DNA of 64,000 bases from an uncultured Methanosarcinales archaeon (GCA_964428335.1 CAYRXW010000003.1:150368-214367); one strand, 5' to 3'. Positions 26,910 through 37,429 are shown, counted from the stretch's first letter. Numbers and translations: made by a program. The notes: generated from the letters alone by a model not told the origin.

Positions 26910-27716
26910 ATGGATTCAAAGATACTCTTTTTAGGAACAGGTGGGGATGCTTTTGTCATCGGAAAGCAAAAAAGAGCATCAGGCGGGATAATATTCAGCT
27001 ATGGAGAAAACCAGTTCCATATTGACCCAGGCCCAGGCTCTTTAGTCATGGCGAAACTAACTAACGCTAACCTTAGGGGAAACACGGGAATCTTAGTTAC
27101 AGGTAATGACTTATTTAGGGCAAATGACGTAAATGCAGTCATATTTGCAATGACACACGACGGGCTTGATAAAAGAGGTGTTTTAATCTGCCCTTCAAAA
27201 GTCATATCTGATGATGAGAAAGGGAGCTTTGCAAACAGGCATTACCTGAATTTCCTGGAAAGGGTAATAATCACGACAAACACAAAAAGGATTGGGATAA
27301 ATGATATAGATATAGAAGTGATAGACCTGGAAGAAGATAACTGCGGCTATAAGCTTCTGACTCCAAAATTCAACATGGCTTATATCCCGCACACAATCAA
27401 AACAGAAGAGCTTCTCAATTTAGAAGACATTGACATACTTATCCTTAGCATAAAGGATTCAGTTGAGGTAAAAGATTCGCTTAATGCAGAGCAGGCTCAA
27501 AAGATAATATCAAAACTTGCACCGCAGATTGCAATAATTACAGGTTTTGGGGCAAGAATGCTAGAAAATGAGGCATTATATGAGTGCAGGGAGATACAAA
27601 AGAACACAGGTATACAGGTAATCTCGGCAAAAGACGGCATGACCATAAACCCTGCTTCTTTTTCAGCGGTTGTCAGGCAGAAGAAACTGCATGGTGTGGA
27701 ATCCCCACAAGCTTAA
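26910..27716 (+). CDS. Metallo-beta-lactamase-fold protein, degenerate metal motif
   Basis: FLGTGG, HIDPGPG; HxHxDH position reads TGNDLFRAND. Confidence 0.75.
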   Translation: MDSKILFLGTGGDAFVIGKQKRASGGIIFSYGENQFHIDPGPGSLVMAKLTNANLRGNTGILVTGNDLFRANDVNAVIFAMTHDGLDKRGVLICPSKVISDDEKGSFANRHYLNFLERVIITTNTKRIGINDIDIEVIDLEEDNCGYKLLTPKFNMAYIPHTIKTEELLNLEDIDILILSIKDSVEVKDSLNAEQAQKIISKLAPQIAIITGFGARMLENEALYECREIQKNTGIQVISAKDGMTINPASFSAVVRQKKLHGVESPQA

Positions 27717-27767
27717 GTTTCATATTTTTAAGTAACTTTTTTAAACCATTTATTATTCATATTTCCT

Positions 27768-28103
27768 ATGATGCCAGGAATGAATCCAAGGGATATGGAA
27801 AAAGCCATGAAACGCTTAGGTATAAAGCAGCATGAGATCGAAGCTATAGCAGTCATAATCAGGACAAAAACTGAAGACATTATCATAAGGAATCCGTCAG
27901 TACAGAAGATTGATATGATGGGAAACAATTCTTACCAGGTTTCAGGAACTGAAGAGATAAGGAAAATCGAGCCTGAAATAAGTGAGGAAGACATAAAAAC
28001 AGTTATGGAGCAGGCAAAAGTTTCAAAAGAGAGAGCAACCAAAGCGTTAAAAGAGAGCAATGGAGAACTGGCAGCAGCCATAATTTCACTGCAAAATGCA
28101 TGA
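27768..28103 (+). CDS. nac: Nascent polypeptide-associated complex protein
   Basis: MNPRDMEKAMKRLGI; UBA-like EEDIKTVMEQA..GELAAAI. Confidence 0.93.
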   Translation: MMPGMNPRDMEKAMKRLGIKQHEIEAIAVIIRTKTEDIIIRNPSVQKIDMMGNNSYQVSGTEEIRKIEPEISEEDIKTVMEQAKVSKERATKALKESNGELAAAIISLQNA

Positions 28104-28497
28104 TTCAAAAAAACATATAGATCTTGCTGAAAACCTGGTTTTAAGAACCTATACATTGACAGGAAGCCCAAAAATCTTAAAAATAGCGATGAATAACCTA
28201 TACACAGGTCTTAAGTTCCTGATGAAAGAAGCCACAAAATCAGAAACAGAAGATTTTTCAGAACTGGTTGATTTATCAGAAAAGGAGTTTAAGAAAAGAG
28301 GTATAAATAAAAACTTCATAACCTATTTAAGGGACATCCACAGCTTAAAGATGCACCAAAAAGAGTCAAACATTGAATTTTCAAGAAAAGATAAGTATAT
28401 ATTTGCATCTGAATCATATGATTTGGAAGTATTAAGCGAAAAAGAAGTGAAAGATTATATACTTAAAGCAAAACTACTATTAAACCTGGTGATATAA
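28096..28497 (+). CDS. Hypothetical protein
   Basis: Coupled ORF; resembles next gene (H/NL...T...T, EFxR). Confidence 0.7.
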   Translation: MHDSKKHIDLAENLVLRTYTLTGSPKILKIAMNNLYTGLKFLMKEATKSETEDFSELVDLSEKEFKKRGINKNFITYLRDIHSLKMHQKESNIEFSRKDKYIFASESYDLEVLSEKEVKDYILKAKLLLNLVI

Positions 28498-28943
28498 TGC
28501 TGGAATCGTTAGAAAACGCAAAAGAAGAGTTAAAAAGGATTGACCACTTAATCTATGTCACTTTAAAATATACAAGAACTGTTGATGTTTTAATAAGCGT
28601 AGTTGAAAGGATGATAAACTGCTATGAATTCATGATAGATGCCTTAATAAAAAAAGCAGTAAGCGAAGGAAAACTTAGCGATGAACCGGACAACCCCATT
28701 GCAAAAGGGCATGAAATTGTCAAGCTGTATCCATCAAAAGCAATCAAGGCAAATATAGAGAAATACCTGATGTTTCGAAAGCTTAGAAGGGTTGCACATG
28801 ACAAGATGAATGAGTTCAGAAGGCACGTCACTTTGACAGCAGAAGTTGACGGAAAAGAAATCAAGGTTCATATTGATAATATCACAGAAGACTTTCATGA
28901 TATAAAAAAATTCATGGAGCTTGTTGAAAAGACTGTAAAATAG
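28497..28943 (+). CDS. Hypothetical protein
   Basis: EELKRIDHLIYVTLKYTRT; EFRRHV. Confidence 0.75.
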   Translation: MLESLENAKEELKRIDHLIYVTLKYTRTVDVLISVVERMINCYEFMIDALIKKAVSEGKLSDEPDNPIAKGHEIVKLYPSKAIKANIEKYLMFRKLRRVAHDKMNEFRRHVTLTAEVDGKEIKVHIDNITEDFHDIKKFMELVEKTVK

Positions 28944-28950
28944 GTTTTTT

Positions 28951-29727
28951 ATGACAAAGTTCATTGTAATTGCTTCAAGTAAAGGAGGAGTAGGAAAAAC
29001 TACTACTGCCATAAATCTAGGGACTGCCCTTACTTTGTTTGGAAAAGATGTTGTTGTTGTTGACTGCAACCTGAACACGCCAAATGTTTCTTTGTATCTT
29101 GGAGCTGCTTCTGTCCCTGTGACTTTGCATGATGTATTGAATAAAAACAAGAAAATAACAGATGCAATGTATATGCACAGCCACGGCCTGAAGATAATAC
29201 CTGCAAGCAATGCTTTTAAGGACAGGCATAAGATAGATTATGAAAAGCTTTCAAGAACCCTTAAGGAACTATCAGGAAAAACAGATTATGTGATCATTGA
29301 CAGTGCTGCCGGTGTTGGAGAGGGAGCGATAACCAGCATGAAAATGGCTGATGAACTTTTGGTTGTCTCAACCCCCGAACTTCCTGCAGTTGCAGATGCG
29401 CTAAAGACAATGAAGCTTGCAAAAGAGCATGGAAAGAATGTAAGGGGAATAATACTTACAAGGGCTTATGAAGATGAACTGGAACTTAGCAGGAAAGATG
29501 TTGAAGCAATGCTTGAGACTAAAGTTATAGGGATAATACCTGAAGACGAGACAATGAGGGAAGCAGTAAAAATGAAAAACCCTGTAATGCATACTCACCC
29601 AAATTCCCCAGCATCACAGGGATATAAGAAACTTGCCTCTGAACTAATAGGGGAAAAATATGTGGAAAGCATTGAAAAAGAGGAATCAGGTATGGATACC
29701 TTCATGAAAAAACTGGGGCTGAAATGA
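28951..29727 (+). CDS. minD: MinD/ParA-family ATPase
   Basis: Deviant Walker A KGGVGKTT, IIDSAAG, TPE, IPED. Confidence 0.88.
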   Translation: MTKFIVIASSKGGVGKTTTAINLGTALTLFGKDVVVVDCNLNTPNVSLYLGAASVPVTLHDVLNKNKKITDAMYMHSHGLKIIPASNAFKDRHKIDYEKLSRTLKELSGKTDYVIIDSAAGVGEGAITSMKMADELLVVSTPELPAVADALKTMKLAKEHGKNVRGIILTRAYEDELELSRKDVEAMLETKVIGIIPEDETMREAVKMKNPVMHTHPNSPASQGYKKLASELIGEKYVESIEKEESGMDTFMKKLGLK

Positions 29728-30125
29728 TGGAACTTATAGAATGGGCATCTCATTATATTGACTATGCAAATTCCTTTAAAAAAGACCTTCTAAGCAAAAA
29801 AAATGAAGGGAATAAAATTGAATGCGAATACAAGGCAAAAGGAAAAGTTACTTATGTCATTGCAGAACATCTTGATGAAAATACAGTAAAAGAATCATTA
29901 AATGGAAACATTGTAATTGTGACATTAAACAAAAAAGAAAATGCAAAATATATGCTTGAAAAATGGCAGGACTACATAAAAAATAAGGCACTAAAGATTA
30001 TGTTTTCAAACCCAACATTAAACCTGCAATGGACTGTCATACCTTATCTTCACAATAATTTTACAGATCCAGCAGCCTTAAAGACAGGGATAAAAACATT
30101 ATTTGAAAGCATCCCGGAAGCCTGA
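29724..30125 (+). CDS. Hypothetical protein
   Basis: Coupled to minD; W...PY.H motif. Confidence 0.7.
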   Translation: MMELIEWASHYIDYANSFKKDLLSKKNEGNKIECEYKAKGKVTYVIAEHLDENTVKESLNGNIVIVTLNKKENAKYMLEKWQDYIKNKALKIMFSNPTLNLQWTVIPYLHNNFTDPAALKTGIKTLFESIPEA

Positions 30126-30153
30126 AAAAATTAACTCAATCTAAAAAATTAAA

Positions 30154-31986
30154 ATGAAACTAAATCCTAAGGAAATCAAGACAGAATGGAATCTATCTGT
30201 CCTGTTTAAAAATGAAGATGACAATGATATAAAAGAAGAGAGAAAAAGGATAGAAAAATCAAGCTATGATTTCATAAAAAAATGGAAAGACAACAAGGAA
30301 TACCTAAACAATCCTTTAATCCTAAGAAAAGCGCTTGATGAATTTGAGGAACTCGAAAATAATTTTGGGAATGCAGGAAAGGAAGGATTATATTTTATGC
30401 TCAGGTCATCCATTGACCAGGACGACCCAAAACTAAAGGCAAAACTTTCAAAGCTCAATGAATTCTGGCAGAAAATAGAAAACGAGATGCAGTTCTTTGA
30501 GCATTCCATTGCAAAGATAGCAAAAGAGCAGCAGAACATATTTCTGGCTCACAAAGAGCTTGAAAAATACAGGCATTTTTTAGAGGGGCTTTTTGAGAAT
30601 GCAAAATACATGCTTAGCGAAAAAGAAGAAAAAATCCTGAACCTAAAAAACCAATCTTCATATGCGAACTGGGTTAAGATGACTTCAGGATTCCTATCAA
30701 AAGAAGAAAGAAAAGTCCTAATGGAAAATGGAAAAATACAAACAAAGAATTTTTCTGAAATAATCTCATTGATGGACAGCCATGATAAAAAAACAAGGGA
30801 TTGCGCAGCAGAAGCATTTAATGACATACTAAAAAAGCATGCAGAAGTTGCAGAAGCAGAACTTAATTCAATCCTTGAAGATAAAAAAGTAGACGATGAG
30901 CTTAGAGGCTTAAACAGGCCAGACCTATCAAGGCATATAGCAGATGATATAGAAAGCAGTGTCATAGATTCGCTTAGGGCTTCTGTCTCAAAAGGATACA
31001 GGATATCAAATAGGTATTATGAATTAAAAGCAAAGATGCTTGGGCTAAAAAAACTGAAATATCATGAAAGAAACATACCTTATGGCAAGCTTACAAAAAA
31101 GTACCCTTATGCAAAAGCTGTTGAATTAGTCTATAATACTTTTCTCAAGCTTGATACGGAATTCGCAGAAATGTTCATATCATTCTGCAAAAATGGCCAG
31201 ATAGATGTTTATCCAAAAAAAGGGAAAAACAGCGGAGCTTTCTGTGCCGGCTCAAATAAGCTGCTGCCTTCATATGTCCTTCTTAACCATGATGAAAGCC
31301 TTAATGATGTACTAACAATTGCACATGAGATGGGGCATGCAATAAACAACGAACTCATGAAAAAAAAAGTCAATGCATTGTATTATGAAACACCGCTTTC
31401 AACAGCTGAAGTCGCAAGCACATTCATGGAAGATTTTGTGCTCGAGGAGCTATTAAGGGATGCAAATCCAGAGCTAAAGCTTTCAATACTTATGATGAAA
31501 CTGAATTCAGACATCTCCTCGATTTTCAGGCAGGTAGCATGCTATAATTTTGAATTGGAGATGCATGAAAATTACAGGAAAACAGGGTACCTGTCAAAAG
31601 AAGACATAGGCAAGATATTTCAGAAGCACATGTCCTTATACATGGGGAAAAGTGTTGAACTTTCAGAAGGTTCTGAAAACTGGTGGGTATATTGGGGGCA
31701 TATAAGGAATTATTTTTATGTTTATTCCTATGCATCAGGACAGCTTATTTCAAAATCACTACAAAACAGCGTAAAAAAAGACCCTAGGTTCATATTAAAA
31801 GTAAAAGAGTTTCTGTCAATGGGAGAATCAGATTCCCCAAAAAATATATTTCAAAAACTAGGGATCGAAATAACAAAAAAAGAATTCTGGGACAAGGGAC
31901 TGGGGGAAATCGAGCAGCTTTTGGATGAGACTGAAAACCTTGCAAAAAACATCAGAAAAAACGAGAAAACTAGAATCAATAACTAA
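30154..31986 (+). CDS. pepF: Oligoendopeptidase F (M3B)
   Basis: GKNSGAFC, TIAHEMGH, AEVASTF, HI..FYVYSYA. Confidence 0.9.
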   Translation: MKLNPKEIKTEWNLSVLFKNEDDNDIKEERKRIEKSSYDFIKKWKDNKEYLNNPLILRKALDEFEELENNFGNAGKEGLYFMLRSSIDQDDPKLKAKLSKLNEFWQKIENEMQFFEHSIAKIAKEQQNIFLAHKELEKYRHFLEGLFENAKYMLSEKEEKILNLKNQSSYANWVKMTSGFLSKEERKVLMENGKIQTKNFSEIISLMDSHDKKTRDCAAEAFNDILKKHAEVAEAELNSILEDKKVDDELRGLNRPDLSRHIADDIESSVIDSLRASVSKGYRISNRYYELKAKMLGLKKLKYHERNIPYGKLTKKYPYAKAVELVYNTFLKLDTEFAEMFISFCKNGQIDVYPKKGKNSGAFCAGSNKLLPSYVLLNHDESLNDVLTIAHEMGHAINNELMKKKVNALYYETPLSTAEVASTFMEDFVLEELLRDANPELKLSILMMKLNSDISSIFRQVACYNFELEMHENYRKTGYLSKEDIGKIFQKHMSLYMGKSVELSEGSENWWVYWGHIRNYFYVYSYASGQLISKSLQNSVKKDPRFILKVKEFLSMGESDSPKNIFQKLGIEITKKEFWDKGLGEIEQLLDETENLAKNIRKNEKTRINN

Positions 31987-31987
31987 T

Positions 31988-32371
31988 TCATATCTCTTTT
32001 TTTGCCAATGATTTAAAGACAGTCCTGATAAGTTTTTCATTATCAAATGGTTTAGTAATATAATCCAAAGCATTAAGCTTCCTTAGATAGCTTTTATCAA
32101 CAACCGACAAGCTTAGTGCAGTCAAAAATATCACTTTTAGTTTGCTGGTTTTTGTGGTTGATCTTATTTTTTCACAGACATCAAACCCAGACATGCCCGG
32201 CATCATAATATCAAGCATAAGCAGGTCAGGCTTTTCAGAATTCAATTTTTCTAACGCTTCTGTTCCACTGCCTGCAGTGATAACTTCAAGCTCATTTAGT
32301 TTAAGTATTGCGCTGAGAAGTTCAAGAACATTTGGCTCGTCATCTACAATCATTACTTTTTCTTTTTTCAT
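31988..32371 (-). CDS. Single-domain response regulator (CheY-like)
   Basis: IVDD, PDLLMLDIMMPG, FLTA, YITKPF. Confidence 0.9.
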   Translation of the reverse strand: MKKEKVMIVDDEPNVLELLSAILKLNELEVITAGSGTEALEKLNSEKPDLLMLDIMMPGMSGFDVCEKIRSTTKTSKLKVIFLTALSLSVVDKSYLRKLNALDYITKPFDNEKLIRTVFKSLAKKEI

Positions 32372-32457
32372 TCTAATCCTGCATTTTTTAATATGCCTTT
32401 CTTTAAGGATATAAACCTTGCTATTAGGTATAGAATCACTTTTAATTAGCAAAAAAG

Positions 32458-32771
32458 TGTAGAGCAGCTATAAGCCACCTTTTGTACGCCTTCTCACTTT
32501 CGCAAGAACAGGCATCCTTGACATTCAACTAAGCCTCTCTAAGGAGTTGCACAAGCCAGGACTCACCGTTTCATCCGTTCCATCTACGACGTCAGGAGGT
32601 TAACTCTCTTTTGTCGCCAAAAGATTCGCATCCATCATCCCATTAATAGATGGTGGTCTCGTTTCTGAGTGGTTGCCCTCAGTTTCCCGTTAGCTGGCTT
32701 TGGCCAGTGGCTGCATTAGTGGGTGGACTTTCCTCAATGCTTACGCACCGAAAGTCAAGCACTGCCCTACA
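32458..32771 (-). ncRNA. rnpB: RNase P RNA
   Basis: Minus strand has GAGGAAAGTCC, GAAAC motifs and CAAAAGGTGGCTTAT; terminal P1 helix TGTAGGGCAG/CTGCTCTACA. Confidence 0.92.
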
Positions 32772-32783
32772 ACCAACTGAGAA

Positions 32784-33104
32784 CTATCTCTTCTTATTTA
32801 ACTTTTTCTCAATCCTATCCAGCCTTTCGACTATCTCAAGGATATATGGATTGTTCCCTGAAGTCTTCCTCTGCTCTTGCTCATAGAAAAACCTGTATTC
32901 AAGATAGCCGAAAAGGAGCATTCCAAGGAGAGAAACAACAAACAAAGGCAAGATAAAATCCTTTATCTCAACATCAATGCCATATTTTTCTAAGTTTGAA
33001 AGGAATAAAAACAGGATCATCCCAGTATTTAATAGGCCAATATAGCTTGCTGTCCTTGCCATATAAACTTTTAGGTTTATTATAAAATCCCTGAATTTTT
33101 TCAT
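32784..33104 (-). CDS. Small 2-TM membrane protein
   Basis: Two hydrophobic helices, NPY then coiled tail. Confidence 0.7.
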   Translation of the reverse strand: MKKFRDFIINLKVYMARTASYIGLLNTGMILFLFLSNLEKYGIDVEIKDFILPLFVVSLLGMLLFGYLEYRFFYEQEQRKTSGNNPYILEIVERLDRIEKKLNKKR

Positions 33105-33361
33105 AATTCTTCCTCAAGACAAGCTATTTTTTTTGATAGTGACCTGTTTATCATGACAAAATACAGCAGGTACATGAAAGGTATAATCAGGCAGATAACA
33201 GCTAAAAAAACAGAATGCTTTCCGTTGATCAAGGCATAAAAGAAATAAAATATCTCAGAAACAAAAGATACTGCTATTGAATGCAGAAGATAAATCATCT
33301 TGTCTTTTTTATACTGGTCAATCCTGAATCTTACTTCTTCTTTTTTCATAGTTAACTTCAA
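33101..33361 (-). CDS. Small 2-TM membrane protein
   Basis: Hydrophobic ORF coupled to downstream gene. Confidence 0.6.
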   Translation of the reverse strand: MKLTMKKEEVRFRIDQYKKDKMIYLLHSIAVSFVSEIFYFFYALINGKHSVFLAVICLIIPFMYLLYFVMINRSLSKKIACLEEEL

Positions 33362-33415
33362 TCCATATTGCAGCTATCCAATTATTTAAATATATGGGTA
33401 AATATCTTTTAAGCT

Positions 33416-34015
33416 ATGGCAGATGAACCTTACCTATTAGTTAGCCTGGAAGAAGAGAAATCAAAAAAGCTTGCCCAGGTACTCAGCAATGACACTTCAA
33501 GAAAAATACTTGACTATATGTCAAAAAAGGAATATGTAACAGAGACAGAAGTAGCAAAAGAATTGAAAATACCACTTTCGACAGCGCACTATAACCTTGA
33601 TTTGCTGCTAAAAACAGACTTAATAAACGGGGATCAGTATAAATATTCAGAAAAAGGCAAAAAAATAGTCCATTACATGCTTTCAAATAAATACGTTATA
33701 ATCGCGCCAAGGAAATCAACTGCAATATTTGAAAAATTAAAGGAATTCCTGCCTGTTGTCATATTAAGCGGGATTGCAACTTATGGCGTAAATTATTTTT
33801 TCATGCCAAAACCTCCGCAACCAGAAGCTTTTGGGCTTATGATTGCTGCAGAAGAAGCAGCGCAGGATGCTGCAGGGGCATCACTTAAGGTGGCAGCAGA
33901 AGCAGTTCCTGTTGTAAATGAGCCAAACATAGCGCTTTGGTTCCTGATAGGATGCATATTTTCCGCTGTGGCATACTTATTGATATCAATCATCAGGAAG
34001 AAAAAAGACAACTGA
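33416..34015 (+). CDS. ArsR-like winged-helix regulator with C-terminal TM segments
   Basis: LSNDTSRKIL..TETEVAKELKIPLSTAHYNL..SEKGK; two hydrophobic helices. Confidence 0.8.
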   Translation: MADEPYLLVSLEEEKSKKLAQVLSNDTSRKILDYMSKKEYVTETEVAKELKIPLSTAHYNLDLLLKTDLINGDQYKYSEKGKKIVHYMLSNKYVIIAPRKSTAIFEKLKEFLPVVILSGIATYGVNYFFMPKPPQPEAFGLMIAAEEAAQDAAGASLKVAAEAVPVVNEPNIALWFLIGCIFSAVAYLLISIIRKKKDN

Positions 34016-34073
34016 GCCTTTACTGTTTATTTTTAATAAAAATTATAAGCTGTGGCTGTTTTATCAAAATGCA

Positions 34074-35042
34074 ATGAAAGCAACAGCCATAGCAAATTCA
34101 AATATTGCTTTTGTAAAATACTGGGGAAAGAAAGATGAATCCCTCAACATTCCATTTAACCCAAGCATATCAATGACCCTTGATGAGAAAATAAGCACAA
34201 AAACAACAGTCGAATTCTCAGAAAAATATGAATCAGACATACTGATATTAAACAATGAAAAACTAAGCGACAATAAGCTTATCAGGGTATCAAATTTTCT
34301 TGACATGATAAGGAAAAAATCAGGCTGCATATATCATGCAAAGGTAATCTCAAAAAACACATTCCCGACAGGATGCGGAATCGCAAGTTCAGCATCAGGC
34401 TTTGCAGCGTTGGCAGCAGCAGCAGCAAGAGCATCAGGTCTTAATCTGAAAGATGAAGAGCTCTCAAAACTTGCAAGAATGGGCTCAGGAAGCGCAGCAA
34501 GGTCTGTTTATGGCGGGTTTGCAATATGGGACAATGAATCTGCAACACAGATAAAAGATGAAACTTTCTGGCCGGAATTAACAGATATAATCGCAATAAC
34601 AGATGACCAGCAAAAAAAAATCAGCTCAAGGGAAGCCATGAAAATAACAGTGAAGACAAGCAAAAAATATAGAGAAAGGCTACAAAAAGTTGATGAAAAA
34701 ACCTCACTCATGAAACAAAGCATACTGGCTAAAGATTTTCCCAACATGGCAAAACTTATAATGTCTGAATCAGACAACCTTCACGAATGCATGCATGATA
34801 GCGTTCCTGAAATAGAATACCTAAACGAAAACTCATACAGGATAAAAGAATTAATCAATGAAATGAATAAGGAAAAACCAATAGCCGCATATACCTTTGA
34901 TGCAGGTCCCAATGCGCATATAATAACTTTAAAAAAGCATTCTTCAAAAATAAAAAAGGAGCTTTTGAAGATATTCGGGCTAAGGCTGATTGAATCAAAA
35001 ATAGGAAAAGGGATAAGGTATACAGAGGAACACATGATATGA
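34074..35042 (+). CDS. mvaD: Diphosphomevalonate decarboxylase
   Basis: NIAFVKYWGK, NPSISMTL, GIASSASG, ARMGSGSA.RS, YTFDAGPNAH. Confidence 0.93.
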   Translation: MKATAIANSNIAFVKYWGKKDESLNIPFNPSISMTLDEKISTKTTVEFSEKYESDILILNNEKLSDNKLIRVSNFLDMIRKKSGCIYHAKVISKNTFPTGCGIASSASGFAALAAAAARASGLNLKDEELSKLARMGSGSAARSVYGGFAIWDNESATQIKDETFWPELTDIIAITDDQQKKISSREAMKITVKTSKKYRERLQKVDEKTSLMKQSILAKDFPNMAKLIMSESDNLHECMHDSVPEIEYLNENSYRIKELINEMNKEKPIAAYTFDAGPNAHIITLKKHSSKIKKELLKIFGLRLIESKIGKGIRYTEEHMI

Positions 35043-36082
35043 AAGCGAAAGCATACGGAAAAATACTCCTTTTTGGAGCATATGGCATACTTGAGCCAGG
35101 AAACATAGGGCTTGTGCTAAATGTCAATAAAGGGACTACAACAGAGACAAAAGAGACAGAAAGCGGGAAGATAATATTTGACATGAAAAATTTCAAGATA
35201 AATGCGGAGGTCAAGCTTGACCTCCTTCACCTGTTTAAAAATCCAGGAATGATTTATGTAAAAAACGCTGTGCAATACTCATTTGAATATTTAAGGTCCA
35301 AAGACATAAAGGTAAAAGACATAAAGATAACTACAGTAAATGATGCTGAGTTCCAGATCGGAAGACATAAGACAGGGTTTGGCAGCAGTGCAACATCAAC
35401 AGTTTCAGCTGTAGCAGCAATATTAAAGCTTCATGACATTGATGACAGGGAGACAGTCTATAAGATATCAAGGTATTCCCATTATAAAAGCCAGGGTGAC
35501 TTAGGTTCAGGATTTGATGTCTTCTCTGCGTGCTTCGGCAGCCACTTTTTTACTTCGCAGGAAGAGAGGATAGAAGGATTTTTGGATTATATGAAAAATT
35601 CCAGGCTTCCTCAATCAGAGAGTTACATCTGGCCAAGCCAGTTTAGCTATATCTTGGCTTTCAGCGGAAAATCAGCAAGCACAGAAAAACTAATTAAAAA
35701 GGTAAATGCATTCAAAAAGCAAAAACCCAGTGTTTACAACGAACTGATGAAAAAATATTCAATTGCAAATAATCATGCGGCATTAGCTTTCAAAGGAGAA
35801 GACATGAAAGAAATAATCTCTTCTCTGGACTTATCTTTTGAGCTTAGGAGAAAGCTTGGAGAGTTATCAGGTGCAGATATAGAAAGCCCTAAATTAAGCA
35901 GCTTATTGAAAGAGACAAGAAATAACGGGGCATACATTTCAGGCTTAGTTGGTGCAGGAGGAGGGGATACTATCTTTTCAATCTGTGAAAACAAGGAGAA
36001 ATTAACTGAATTCCTGGATGAAAAAGGATATGCAGTCATTGATGACATTGAGATTTCTTCACAGGGATACGAATTCCAATAA
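35039..36082 (+). CDS. Phosphomevalonate kinase (GHMP)
   Basis: GKILLFGAY, KTGFGSSA, H..SQG..GSGFDV, GAGGGD; coupled to mvaD. Confidence 0.82.
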   Translation: MKAKAYGKILLFGAYGILEPGNIGLVLNVNKGTTTETKETESGKIIFDMKNFKINAEVKLDLLHLFKNPGMIYVKNAVQYSFEYLRSKDIKVKDIKITTVNDAEFQIGRHKTGFGSSATSTVSAVAAILKLHDIDDRETVYKISRYSHYKSQGDLGSGFDVFSACFGSHFFTSQEERIEGFLDYMKNSRLPQSESYIWPSQFSYILAFSGKSASTEKLIKKVNAFKKQKPSVYNELMKKYSIANNHAALAFKGEDMKEIISSLDLSFELRRKLGELSGADIESPKLSSLLKETRNNGAYISGLVGAGGGDTIFSICENKEKLTEFLDEKGYAVIDDIEISSQGYEFQ

Positions 36083-36114
36083 TATTTTATATCCCTAAAC
36101 TTTTTCTAGATGCC

Positions 36115-37416
36115 ATGGAAGCCAAAACAGGAGATAAAATCAGGATAATAACAGATGAAGAAAGTTATGAAGGGACTCTTATGCCTTCTTTGGAAGAGAC
36201 AGGAAAGGATACAACAATCCTGAAGCTAGTGAATGGATATAACATAGGCATACAAAAAAAAAGGATAAAAAAAACAGAAATCATCGAATCATTTAAGGAA
36301 ACAAAGAAACACCTAAAAAAAAGCAGCCAGGATAAAGAGCTTCCTGTGATTTCTATTTTACATACAGGCGGGACAATAGCATCAAAAATAGATTATAGGA
36401 CAGGCGCTGTCTATAGCTCATTTGAGCCTGAAGAACTTCTAAATATGTTTCCAGAACTTTCCAAGATTGCAACTCTTAGATCAAACCTAATCTCAAAAAT
36501 GTGGTCAGATGACTTAAGGTTTGGGCATTTTAAGCTGATAGCAGAAGCAATAAAAAAAGAGATAGAGAAAGGATGTGAAGGAATCATAATAGGGATAGGG
36601 ACAGATAACATGGCAGTTGCAGCAGCAGCAATGGCTTTTATCCTTGAAGAGCTTCCTGTGCCTGTGATTTTTGTCGGCGCACAAAGAAGTTCTGACAGAG
36701 GGAGCAGCGATGCAGCGATGAACCTGATATCTGCAGCTGAATTCATAACAAAAACAGATTTTTCAGGAGTCGGAATATGCATGCATGAGAATATGGATGA
36801 TGAAACCTGTGTCATCCTTCCAGCAGTAAAAACCTATAAGCTTCATTCATCACGAAGGGATGCATTCAAGCCGGTAAATGATGTTGCTATAGCAAGAATA
36901 AATCATTCTACAAAAAAAATTGAGTTCCTCTATGAAAATTATAGCAAAAAAGACAAGACAAGAAAACTTGTCATAAAACCAAAAATGGAAGAAAAAGTAG
37001 GATTACTAAAAATTCATATCAACATGTTTCCTGAGCAGTTTGAGTTTTTTAAAGGATATAAAGGATTAATAATCGAAGGAACTGGCCTTGGGCATACTCC
37101 GGGGCAGGTGCCAAATGAAATATGTGAAATACATAAGAAAATATACCCAGCAATAAAAAAAGTTGTTGAATCAGGGTGCATTGTTGTGATGACAACCCAG
37201 ACAATATTTGGCTCTGTCAACATGCATGTCTATGATAAGGGAACTGATCTTACAGGACTTGGAGTCATACCTGGAAAAGACATGCTTGCAAATACAGCAT
37301 TAGTTAAATTGTCATGGCTTTTAGGGAACCATACAAAAGATGAAGCAAAAAAAATGATTTCTGAAAACATAAGAGGAGAAATCAACGAACGAATAACAGG
37401 GGAGATGTACCTATAA
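36115..37416 (+). CDS. gatD: Glu-tRNA(Gln) amidotransferase subunit D
   Basis: KL.NGYNIG, TGGTIASKIDY.TG, GAQRSSDRGSSD, KLHSSRRDAF. Confidence 0.95.
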   Translation: MEAKTGDKIRIITDEESYEGTLMPSLEETGKDTTILKLVNGYNIGIQKKRIKKTEIIESFKETKKHLKKSSQDKELPVISILHTGGTIASKIDYRTGAVYSSFEPEELLNMFPELSKIATLRSNLISKMWSDDLRFGHFKLIAEAIKKEIEKGCEGIIIGIGTDNMAVAAAAMAFILEELPVPVIFVGAQRSSDRGSSDAAMNLISAAEFITKTDFSGVGICMHENMDDETCVILPAVKTYKLHSSRRDAFKPVNDVAIARINHSTKKIEFLYENYSKKDKTRKLVIKPKMEEKVGLLKIHINMFPEQFEFFKGYKGLIIEGTGLGHTPGQVPNEICEIHKKIYPAIKKVVESGCIVVMTTQTIFGSVNMHVYDKGTDLTGLGVIPGKDMLANTALVKLSWLLGNHTKDEAKKMISENIRGEINERITGEMYL

Positions 37417-37429
37417 TTTTATTAATTCT

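Noticed and set aside
32650..32956. Plus-strand ORFs of 78 and 77 aa
   Set aside because: Antisense to RNase P RNA and a membrane-protein gene; no protein-like features
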